Positions 55,885 through 64,000 of a stretch of 64,000 nt of DNA are shown in pieces. Numbering within the stretch: position 1 is the first letter of the stretch; every line of letters begins with the position of its first letter. The translations under genes and the position numbers were made by a program. Under the pieces are notes generated by a model. That model saw only the letters and a program-made list of their open reading frames with translations, did no database searches and was not told the origin of the DNA. This stretch comes from Myxococcota bacterium (GTDB lineage: Bacteria; Myxococcota_A; Polyangia; Nannocystales; Nannocystaceae), in NCBI GenBank assembly GCA_039194325.1, contig JBCCWC010000007.1, forward strand, positions 82,611-146,610, in the 5' to 3' direction.

Positions 55885-57606
55885 GTGAAGCAGGTCAATC
55901 AAGCCGCGAGATCGAGCCACCATGTGCTCGCCCTTCTCGGGCTCGCGGTGGCCATTGGAGGCTGCTACCGCGGGCAAGACCGATATGGGGCCGGAGGCGA
56001 AGACGACCCGAACGGTGACGAACCCGAGGGAGCGGTCGACGCGTTTTGTGACGAGCAGACTCACCCGAGCGCTACATCGCGCTTCGTCCGGCTCTCTCAT
56101 CACCAATACGACAACACGGTCACCGATCTGCTGGGAGTCGCCCAGCCACCCGGCGATACGTTCATCGCCGATCCGGCCGTAGCGGGATTCACCAACAACG
56201 CCGAGCAGCTCCGCGTCAACGACCCCCTGGCCCGCGACTACCGGCGCGCCGCCGAGCAGCTCGCAACCGACTTGCTCGACGATCTTCCCCGCCTACGAGC
56301 GATGATCCCTTGCGATCCAAGCGCAGACCCGAGCCCAAACGCAGAGGACTGCGCCCGCGAGTTCGTGGCCGAGTTTGGCCGACGCGCCTATCGGCGCCCC
56401 CTCGACGAGGCGGAGCAAGCCCAGCTCGAGGCGATCTTCGCCAGCGGCGCGGGGCTCTACGCGGCGGGCACCGACTTCGAGCAAGGCGTAGCGATGGTCG
56501 TCGAGGCCACGCTGCAATCGCCGAGCTTCCTGTACCGCAGCGAGCTGTCCGAGCCGGAGGGCGGCGGCGATCTGGTGGCCCTCGATGGCTACGAGCTCGC
56601 CACCCGGCTGTCGTACATGCTGTGGAACACGATGCCCGACACGGCGCTGTTCGAGGCGGCAGCCAGCGGCGAGCTCGACACCGCCGAGGGGATCGAGGCC
56701 CACGCGCGACGCATGCTGGAGGATCCCCGCGCCGCAGACCCGATCGAGGACTTCCACCGCCAGTGGCTGGGCCTGGTCGAGTATAGCAACGTCACCAAGG
56801 ATCCCGAGCGCTTCCCCGAGTTCGTCCCAGGGATCACCGACTCGATGGAGGCGGAGACCCTGGCCTTCGCCCAGCGAGTGCTGCTGGAAGGCGAGGGGAC
56901 GTTCGCAGCGCTGATGACCTCGACCGAGACCTACGTCGCCCCCGACCTGGCCCCGATCTACGGGGTCTCGATGACCGGCAACGAGCCGCAGTGGGTCGCG
57001 GTGGACGAGTCGACCCGCGCAGGGCTGCTGACCCAGCCCGGCTTCTTGGCCTCGCACGCCTACTTCGGGAGCAGCTCCCCGATCCACCGCGGGGTGTTCA
57101 TCCAGCGCCAGATCCTCTGCACGGACATCCCCGATCCCCCCGGGGACGTCGACCTCGAGCTTCCCCCTCCCGACGCAGAGCTGGTGACGACCCGCGACCG
57201 CGTCGAGCATCACACCTCGGCCAACGCGTGCGTGGGCTGCCACGAGCTAATCAACGAGCCCGGCTACGCGTTCGAGGGCTACGACGCGATCGGGCAAGTA
57301 CGCACCGAAGACAACGGGGCGCCGATCGACTCCTCCGGGTCGATCATGACCACCGAAGGGACGCTGACCTTCACCGACGGGGTCGACCTGGCCCACCAGC
57401 TGGCCCAAAGCCCCACCGCGCAGCGCTGCTACCTGACCCAGTGGTTCCGCTACGCGAGCGCCCGCCGGGAGACCGAGGCCGACGACTGCACCCTCGACGG
57501 ACTCCACCAAAGCCTCGAGGACAGCGAGTACGACCTGCGAGAGATGTTGGTCGGCCTGACCCAGACCGTAGCCTTCCGCTACCGAAGCGCCCAGGGAGAG
57601 CAATAG
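55885..57606 (+). CDS. DUF1592/1588/1595/1587/1585 multi-domain lipoprotein with CxxCH
   Basis: IGG-C lipobox; RLSHHQYDNTV, LQSPSFLYR, RLSYMLW, SPIHRG, CVGCH. Confidence 0.9.
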   Translation: MKQVNQAARSSHHVLALLGLAVAIGGCYRGQDRYGAGGEDDPNGDEPEGAVDAFCDEQTHPSATSRFVRLSHHQYDNTVTDLLGVAQPPGDTFIADPAVAGFTNNAEQLRVNDPLARDYRRAAEQLATDLLDDLPRLRAMIPCDPSADPSPNAEDCAREFVAEFGRRAYRRPLDEAEQAQLEAIFASGAGLYAAGTDFEQGVAMVVEATLQSPSFLYRSELSEPEGGGDLVALDGYELATRLSYMLWNTMPDTALFEAAASGELDTAEGIEAHARRMLEDPRAADPIEDFHRQWLGLVEYSNVTKDPERFPEFVPGITDSMEAETLAFAQRVLLEGEGTFAALMTSTETYVAPDLAPIYGVSMTGNEPQWVAVDESTRAGLLTQPGFLASHAYFGSSSPIHRGVFIQRQILCTDIPDPPGDVDLELPPPDAELVTTRDRVEHHTSANACVGCHELINEPGYAFEGYDAIGQVRTEDNGAPIDSSGSIMTTEGTLTFTDGVDLAHQLAQSPTAQRCYLTQWFRYASARRETEADDCTLDGLHQSLEDSEYDLREMLVGLTQTVAFRYRSAQGEQ

Positions 57607-57608
57607 CG

Positions 57609-59030
57609 ATGACCAAGCGAATCCACCGTCGAAACTTCCTGCGCGGCGTGGGCGGCGTGGCGCTGGGCCTGCCCTTGCTCGAGACCCTCATGCCCAAGGG
57701 CGCCCACGCGGCCCCTGGCGACCTGCCCCGACGCTTCGTGGCGTTCTTCCAGTGCAATGGCGTCGACATGACCCGCTTCTTCCCCAACGGCAGCTACGGC
57801 CCACTCGCGGCGAGCATGCTGGGAGGCACCGCCCTGGAGCCGCTGGCCGACTACGTGGCCGACATCCATGTCCCGCGGGGGATCCACATGGTCCCCCGCG
57901 GCTTCGGCTGGGATAACACGCCCGGCGACGATCATGCCAAGGGCATGGTGCACAAGCTGACCGCCCAACCCTGCGTCGACGGCAGCCTGTTCGCGGCCGG
58001 GATCTCGGTGGATCAGGAGATCGCCAACCAGCTCAACACGTCGGGACGACCGGCGCTGAACCTGCAAGTCGGCCGACGCGCGGGCAACCAGCTGGGGTAC
58101 ATCTCCTACTATGGGCCCGAGCAGCCCGCGGCCGGCGAGAACAACCCCTGGCTGGCCTACCAAGACTTCATGGGGATGGGCGAAGACGTCGATCCGATCG
58201 TGCTCCAGCGCCTGGTGGCCCGGCGCGAGTCGGTCATCGACCTGGTCGAGGACGACTTCAGCCGCCTACGCGCCCGCGGCCTGTCCTCGACCGACCGAGA
58301 GAAGCTCGACATGCACCTGACCGCCGTACGCGAGCTGGAGATCTCGATGGGCGACGCGGGCCTCATCGCCTGCGAGCTGCCCGCGGACCGAGCCGCCGAG
58401 CTCCAGGCGCTCAACCCCGACACGATCGAATCGGACTCGGAGTTCAAGACGATCGGCCGCATGCAGATGGACATCCTGGCCCTGGCCCTGGCCTGCGGGA
58501 GCACCCAGGCGGCGACCCTCCAGTGGGGCAACGGCGCGGGAGGCCCGATCTTCACGTGGGACGGGATGAATCACCAGTACAACCATCACAAGCTGTCCCA
58601 CGGCAACACGGCCGACGACAACTCGGGCGCCGAGGTCGACGGCTACCTCGACATGCTGCTGGACATCGACCGATGGTTCGCGGGGGAGTTCCGCTACCTG
58701 CTCGACCGACTCGCGGCCTATCAGGAGGGCGACGGACGGCTGCTCGACAACTGCGTGGCGGTGTGGATGAACGAGCTGTCCGAGGGACGTGAGCACAACT
58801 TCATGGATCTGCCCTACGTGATGGCGGGCAGCGCCGGCGGCTACCTGCGGACGGGCCAGTACACCAAGGTTACCGCGCTCGACGACCCCAAGAACGACCA
58901 AGACGCGCCCCACAACAAGCTGCTAACGACGATCCTCAACGCGGTGGGAGCCACCGGGGACGACGGAGGCCCGGTGCGAAACTTCGGCGCCTACGGGGAG
59001 CCCGGCGAGTTCGAGATGCTCAAGGCCTGA
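57609..59030 (+). CDS. DUF1552-family Tat-exported protein
   Basis: HRRNFLRG...LPLLE, ISVDQEIA, KLDMHL..VRELE, HHKLSH. Confidence 0.9.
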   Translation: MTKRIHRRNFLRGVGGVALGLPLLETLMPKGAHAAPGDLPRRFVAFFQCNGVDMTRFFPNGSYGPLAASMLGGTALEPLADYVADIHVPRGIHMVPRGFGWDNTPGDDHAKGMVHKLTAQPCVDGSLFAAGISVDQEIANQLNTSGRPALNLQVGRRAGNQLGYISYYGPEQPAAGENNPWLAYQDFMGMGEDVDPIVLQRLVARRESVIDLVEDDFSRLRARGLSSTDREKLDMHLTAVRELEISMGDAGLIACELPADRAAELQALNPDTIESDSEFKTIGRMQMDILALALACGSTQAATLQWGNGAGGPIFTWDGMNHQYNHHKLSHGNTADDNSGAEVDGYLDMLLDIDRWFAGEFRYLLDRLAAYQEGDGRLLDNCVAVWMNELSEGREHNFMDLPYVMAGSAGGYLRTGQYTKVTALDDPKNDQDAPHNKLLTTILNAVGATGDDGGPVRNFGAYGEPGEFEMLKA

Positions 59031-59265
59031 GGTATCTATGCCGAGGCCGGCTCGGGATGCGCGACGGCTGTCGCGCCCGGCCTCGGTCTTGTGCACGTGG
59101 TACCCCAGAAGGCACAAAAAGCGGGGAGGCCGCTCTGTATGGGGCGGCGTCAGGTGCGCTCACCTTGGCCTCGGGGGGGCCCGGGGGTTTGGTCCTGGGA
59201 GCCTGGGGGGTGGGTCTGGTATGGTAGAGCGCGAAGGCGCCCCACGAGGGGCGATTGCCTCGGGA

Positions 59266-60069
59266 ATGCGCAGCTGGGCTCCAATTGGCGTGCTAGTGAC
59301 CGGAACGCTGGTCATTGGATGTGCAGGGGGGGGTAACCCCGCCGGTGACGGGTTCACCTTTGGTGGGGCGGACGGAGGGGATGCGAGCGCGACCGTGGGG
59401 ATGACCTCTGGGGTCGGTACGGCCGACGACTCCGGCTCTGGAGGTGGCGGCAACGGCAACGCCGACGGAAGCGTGGAGTGCAACGACGGCGACGGGGATT
59501 CCTACGGCGAGGGATGTGCGGCCGGGCCCGATTGCGACGACACCAACGCCGAGGTCAATCCGGGGGCCGCCGAGTCCTGCAACGGGGTCGACGACAACTG
59601 CGACGAGATGGTCGATAACGGCTGCGAGTGCCCCGAGGACGGGGTGAGCGGTGCGTGCAACAGCCCCACCGATCTGGGCACGATCGAGGTCGGCGACACC
59701 GCGCTGAGCGTGGTCGGCAACGTCCCGCAGGAGAGTTCGTTCGACTGGTACGTGGTGTCGTTCCCCGCCGCGGCGCGGCCCGGCGAGGGTGTCCCGACGC
59801 TGAGCTTCACCGTCAACACCGGCAACGCGTTCGTGTTCGACGTGGTGAACAACCAGTGCGACGCCATGGGGGCCGCGTGTGGTGAGGGCGGCACGATGAT
59901 GGGCCAGGCGGTCGGCCTGACCTCCTGGAGCTTCGAGGACAACAACCCCGACTGCTGCTCGCCTCCCATGGACGCGCTGCAGCCCTGGCCCAACCAGGTG
60001 TTCCTGCGAGTCTATCGCTCGACCCTCGGGCCTAGCTGCGACACGTACCAGCTGCAGGCGACCCGGTAG
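59266..60069 (+). CDS. Lipoprotein with MopE-like putative metal-binding motif
   Basis: VIG-C lipobox; DCDDTNAEVNPGAAESCNGVDDNCD. Confidence 0.82.
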   Translation: MRSWAPIGVLVTGTLVIGCAGGGNPAGDGFTFGGADGGDASATVGMTSGVGTADDSGSGGGGNGNADGSVECNDGDGDSYGEGCAAGPDCDDTNAEVNPGAAESCNGVDDNCDEMVDNGCECPEDGVSGACNSPTDLGTIEVGDTALSVVGNVPQESSFDWYVVSFPAAARPGEGVPTLSFTVNTGNAFVFDVVNNQCDAMGAACGEGGTMMGQAVGLTSWSFEDNNPDCCSPPMDALQPWPNQVFLRVYRSTLGPSCDTYQLQATR

Positions 60070-60135
60070 CACGGGGCCGCCGGCCTCCGTCGCTTTGCTC
60101 CGTTCGTGCTAAAGCTCGAGCCGGAGGTGTGCGCG

Positions 60136-62376
60136 ATGCGGAGGATGCACGAAGTGACGCGACGGGTGTCGTTGGGGGCCGCGCTGCTGGGTACGGTCGC
60201 GGTGGTCGGCTGCCCCGACGATGGCTCGACCTCGGGGAGCGACACGGAGGGATCGACGGGGACCAGCTCGGGCCCGGCTCCGGCCACCACACCGTTGCCC
60301 GACGGCTCGGGGACCTCGACTTCGGCCACCGCGACCGAGGCCACGACCCAGACCGCCACCGAGACCACCTCCGGTGAGCCTTCGACGGGGAGCACCGAGG
60401 GGCCGCCCGCGGCGCGAGGCCTGGCCGTGGGCGCGGCCATGGTCACCTTGCTGCCCGAGGTCGACGGCTCGACCGCCTATGCCGACCCGCTGCGCAACGC
60501 GCCGTTGGCCCTCGAGCCCGGGGATCCGGGGCTGGATCCCGGGATCTTCGTGGAGCAGTGGGACGTGGGTCGGATCGCGATCGGCAACGGCTTCCCCAGC
60601 TCTCACTGGGTCCACGACGAGATCCGGGCCGGCGCGGTGGCCTTTGGGCGGCTCGACGACGACCAAGCGCCCACGCTGGTGCTGGTCTCGGTCGATCTGT
60701 ACATGCTCTTCGCTCCCGGGATCGCCTCCATCAAGGACAAGGTGCGCGGCCTGGTGGGCGACGAGGCGTTCGAGCCGCTCGAGATCGTGATCTCGGCCAC
60801 CCACAACCATATGGGTCCGGACACCTCGGGGCTGGACGAGATCAACCCCGACTACTACGAGTACATGACCGATCAGGTGGCCCTGGCGATCGCTGATGCG
60901 GTAGAGCCCGACCACATGCGACCCGCGACCCTGCGGGTGGCCCACTCGGCGTATCAGTTCGGCACCGCCGACGGCACCACCCCGCGGATCGTCGATCCCA
61001 CGCTCAACAGCCTGCAGGCGGTCGATCGCGAGGATCCCTCCCAGGTGATCGCGACCGTGGCGCAGTGGCACAGCCACCCCGAGGACACGCTGTTCTTCGG
61101 GGACGACGTGCTCGCCGATCCCGAGGACGCGGGCGTGCTCGAGGCGATGGACGAGTGCTACCCCGGCCCGGGGGCGGTGGGCTGCCACATCGAGGGGCAG
61201 TACATCTCCGCGGGGTTCTCGGGTTACGCGGTGCACACCCTGATGGAGCAGACGGGCGGAGCGCCGGCCATCATCATCGAAGGTCCGGTGGGGGTGCTGC
61301 AATCGCCGCTGTTTGGGGTGACCTGGGAGACCGAGGGGCCCACCGGGCAGCCCCCCGGCGACGGGCAGCAGCTGCCGGCGGGGGATCTCGACGTCGTCCC
61401 GCGCAACTTCCACCAGACGGCGGTCAACGGTTTGGCGCTGGGGGATCGGATCCTCGCCGACCTCGAGACGGGCGAGACCTTCGAGGATGGGCCGGTGCAG
61501 GTGCGTCGGCAGCCGTTCTATACGCGGCTGGCTCACCTGGGCTTTCGCATTGGCCTGGGCGTGGATCCCATGGGCGAGCCCACCCAGCTGGGGCACCTAC
61601 CGCGCGCGCTCTATACCTGTCCGGCGGCGGGGCCCAAGAACGACGAGACCTGCGTCAGTGACGGGCTGATGTCCGCCGATCAGGGGGGTGGTCTGGTGGC
61701 CCGGGTTGGTGATCACCTCCGCTCGGAGGTCGTCTACGTGCGCCTGGGGCCGATCGAGATGCTCTCGATTCCGGGCGAGGCGGCCCCCGAGCTCGTGCAT
61801 GGGCTGCCCATGGACTTCGTGGACGATCCGGCGGGGGTCTACTACCCGCAGCCCCAGGACCTGACCAATCACGTCGACCGGGCGCAATACACCACGCCGG
61901 GCTACATGCGGCAGATGCTGACCGAGCCCTACCGCTGGGCGCTGGGGCTGACCGAGGACGCGATGGGCTACATCTTCCCGCTGAGCGACTGGCGGCTGCT
62001 GTGCATCGCCGATCTCCCGGATTTCGGGGGCATGCCCGGGGCGTGCCAGGCCATGGGGGCGGCCGGGATCTTCGATGGTCAAGATCCTTCGGGGGCGTGG
62101 TGGATCTCGGGGCAGCGTTGCAAGGAGATCTTCGACGATCCCACCCTGCTCGGTGCGCCGCCCTACACCGCCGTGCCCGGTGGCGGCAGCGCGGCGGCGT
62201 TCTCGTGTCAGCTGGCGCAGGTGGTCGGCGAGGCTTCGGACCACTACGAAGAGACGGTGGCCGTGGGCTGGGACGTCGCGGCCGACTGGATTGAGGCGGC
62301 CCGTTTGGCCGCCGAGTACGAGGGTCCGCTTGAGCAGGTCAACCCCGAGTTCATCGGCTACAACCTCACGCCTTGA
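60136..62376 (+). CDS. Neutral/alkaline ceramidase-like lipoprotein
   Basis: GGAGG SD; VVG-C lipobox; ISATHNHMGPD, WHSHPE, IPGE, DAMGYI. Confidence 0.75.
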   Translation: MRRMHEVTRRVSLGAALLGTVAVVGCPDDGSTSGSDTEGSTGTSSGPAPATTPLPDGSGTSTSATATEATTQTATETTSGEPSTGSTEGPPAARGLAVGAAMVTLLPEVDGSTAYADPLRNAPLALEPGDPGLDPGIFVEQWDVGRIAIGNGFPSSHWVHDEIRAGAVAFGRLDDDQAPTLVLVSVDLYMLFAPGIASIKDKVRGLVGDEAFEPLEIVISATHNHMGPDTSGLDEINPDYYEYMTDQVALAIADAVEPDHMRPATLRVAHSAYQFGTADGTTPRIVDPTLNSLQAVDREDPSQVIATVAQWHSHPEDTLFFGDDVLADPEDAGVLEAMDECYPGPGAVGCHIEGQYISAGFSGYAVHTLMEQTGGAPAIIIEGPVGVLQSPLFGVTWETEGPTGQPPGDGQQLPAGDLDVVPRNFHQTAVNGLALGDRILADLETGETFEDGPVQVRRQPFYTRLAHLGFRIGLGVDPMGEPTQLGHLPRALYTCPAAGPKNDETCVSDGLMSADQGGGLVARVGDHLRSEVVYVRLGPIEMLSIPGEAAPELVHGLPMDFVDDPAGVYYPQPQDLTNHVDRAQYTTPGYMRQMLTEPYRWALGLTEDAMGYIFPLSDWRLLCIADLPDFGGMPGACQAMGAAGIFDGQDPSGAWWISGQRCKEIFDDPTLLGAPPYTAVPGGGSAAAFSCQLAQVVGEASDHYEETVAVGWDVAADWIEAARLAAEYEGPLEQVNPEFIGYNLTP

Positions 62377-62403
62377 AGCCCGGCCCGACCCGCGAACGCG
62401 GCC

Positions 62404-63916
62404 CTACGTTCCCTCGCCCAGCAGGTGGCGGGTCAGTCGGGCGGCGGTGTGGTAGCCGAGCTGCTCGGTCTGGCGATGGATCGCCCGCAGCGGCTCCAGG
62501 CGTGATGGATCTCGGGCATGCGCGGCCAGGGCTCGCCCGCGGGCGACGAAGAGATCGGCGAAGGGAAGCGGCTCGTCGGTCGTATAGCGCTCCAGCGCGT
62601 CGGCGTATCGCTCGATCCGCGAGGGTTCGTCCATGTCGAAGGCGGTGTCCATCGACTCGCGATAGAAGTAGAGGTGATTGTGGCTGAGGGTGCTGTCGGC
62701 GAGGCACGCTTCGGCTTCGGCCAGCGCGCCCCGGCGTTGCTCGGGATCCCGGGTGGCAAAGGCGAGCTTGGCCAGGACCCACGGACCGATATACGAAAAG
62801 CCCGTTTGTCGACACAGGGCCAGCCCCCGCTCGATGAGCACCACGGCTTGATCGTAGTCGCCTCGCAGGGCCATCAGCTGGCCGAGGTTGGCCAAAGCCT
62901 CCGCCTCGAAGCGGCGGGCGCCCAGCTCGTGGGCCATCTGCATGCCTCGGGTCAGCTCTTGCTGGGCCTCGTCGAGTCGGCGCATCTCCAGCAGCAGCTG
63001 GGGGTAGCAGCCGCAGCGGCACACCACCGCGGCGCGTCGGTGTCCGACCTCGTCGGCTCGGAGCATGGCGTCGCGGCTGAGCCTTTGGGCGGCGTCGAGC
63101 TCGTTGCTGAACAGCCGGGTCCAGCCCACCATCGGGAGTGCACCGGCCTCGATCTCGACCAGCCCGTGATTGACGCTGAGCTCGATGCACCGAGAGAAGT
63201 GGCGATACGCCGAGAGCATGCGCCCTCGCATGTAGTCGGCATCGCCCAGCCCGCTCAGCGCCCGGGCCTGGGCCCGGGCCGAGCCGGCCTGCGCGGCGTA
63301 GCGGCACGCCTGTTCGTGCGCGGCCACGCACCCCTCGATGTCGCCCCGGGGAAACAGCAGGCTGCCGCGCAGGTAGTGGATCGTGGCCAGCGGCTCGACC
63401 AGGGCGTGGGCGGCGGCGGTGGCCTCCGCGGCGGCGAGGTGCTCGAGGGCCTGGTGATGGTGGTCGGTGACCCGCAGCCGATGGGCGAGGCCGATGAGGG
63501 CCCGGGTGCGCAGGGTGGCCAGAGGGCGCGACTCGATGTCGTCGGGGAGCAGCTCCAGCACCTGCTCGCGCAGCGCATCGGCGCGCTCGAACGCGAGCTT
63601 TTCCTCGGCGATCCGGGCGGCCTCGACCAGGTAGAAGGCCGCGTCGTGGCCTCGGCCGCAGGCGAGCCAGTGGGATGCGATCGTCGCGGGGGAAACGCCC
63701 TCGTAGGCGCCCTGGGCCAGGGCTTGGGCGAGGGCCTCGTGGAGCGCCCGGGTGCGATCACCCAGGTGGGTCGTGACCGCGGTGCGGATCTTGTCGTGGT
63801 AGGAGTCGAGCAGCAGGTGGTTGCGCACCGAGATCCGCACCAGCGACCCATGGCGAAGCTCCACGGTCGCTCGCTCGCGAAGCTCGTGATCGAGGCCGGC
63901 CGCGACGACCTGGTGA
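62404..63916 (-). CDS. TPR-rich C-terminal part of an AAA-ATPase/kinase-type protein, 5' end missing
   Basis: YHDKIR, RALHEALA, IASHWL followed by TPRs; no true start; upstream DNA switches to foreign sequence. Confidence 0.8.
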
Positions 63917-64000
63917 TTGTTACCGACCACAAGCCTTTGACCAAGATCTTTGGGGACCGCACCTTAGATGAGATATCCAATTCCCGCTTGTTCCGCCTCA
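63901..64000 (+). mobile_element. Fragment of Ty3/Gypsy LTR-retrotransposon RNase H coding sequence
   Basis: Frame from 63901 reads RDDLVIVTDHKPLTKIFGDRTLDEISNSRLFRL; GC falls to 42/84 over 63917-64000. Confidence 0.75.

Noticed and set aside
56991..57608. N-terminal extension of the DUF1552 ORF
   Set aside because: Overlaps the upstream gene; the Tat signal starts at ATG 57609 after a GGGAG SD-like site
60109..61596. 495-aa minus-strand ORF
   Set aside because: Antisense shadow of the ceramidase-like gene
1..64000. tRNA, rRNA, riboswitch or IS elements
   Set aside because: None recognised by eye; a covariance-model and ISfinder search would be needed to exclude them

Overview
High-GC (~68-70% by eye) bacterial DNA whose gene content points to a myxobacterium, probably Nannocystaceae-like. 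The evidence is many lipoproteins, Ser/Thr kinase-TPR plus ECF sigma pairs, DUF1501 and DUF1592/DUF1552 clusters, MopE-like repeats and an ERG4/ERG24 sterol reductase; the taxonomy is inference. About 45 plausible CDSs. No rRNA, tRNA, CRISPR array, integrase or transposase was recognised. Highlights: (i) a coupled GGPP synthase + UbiA-family gene carrying the NQxxGxxED/QDxxDxxGD motifs of UbiA-type terpene cyclases; (ii) an orphan lower-GC zinc deaminase (HAE...CPTC) beside a 5'-truncated psuG; (iii) a phage-like hypothetical + PolX/Pol-beta-type nucleotidyltransferase pair; (iv) an SDR + sterol reductase operon joined by three ATGA-coupled pentapeptide mini-ORFs, whose 3' end is duplicated 4.2 kb downstream around a kinase-ECF cassette; (v) a lower-GC partner + frameshifted PIN gene pair; (vi) many truncated or internally deleted genes; (vii) the last ~100 bp read as a eukaryotic Ty3/Gypsy retrotransposon RNase H (TDHKPL) joined to a bacterial gene, either a chimera or a real insertion. 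All family assignments come from motif recognition; no database search was run.
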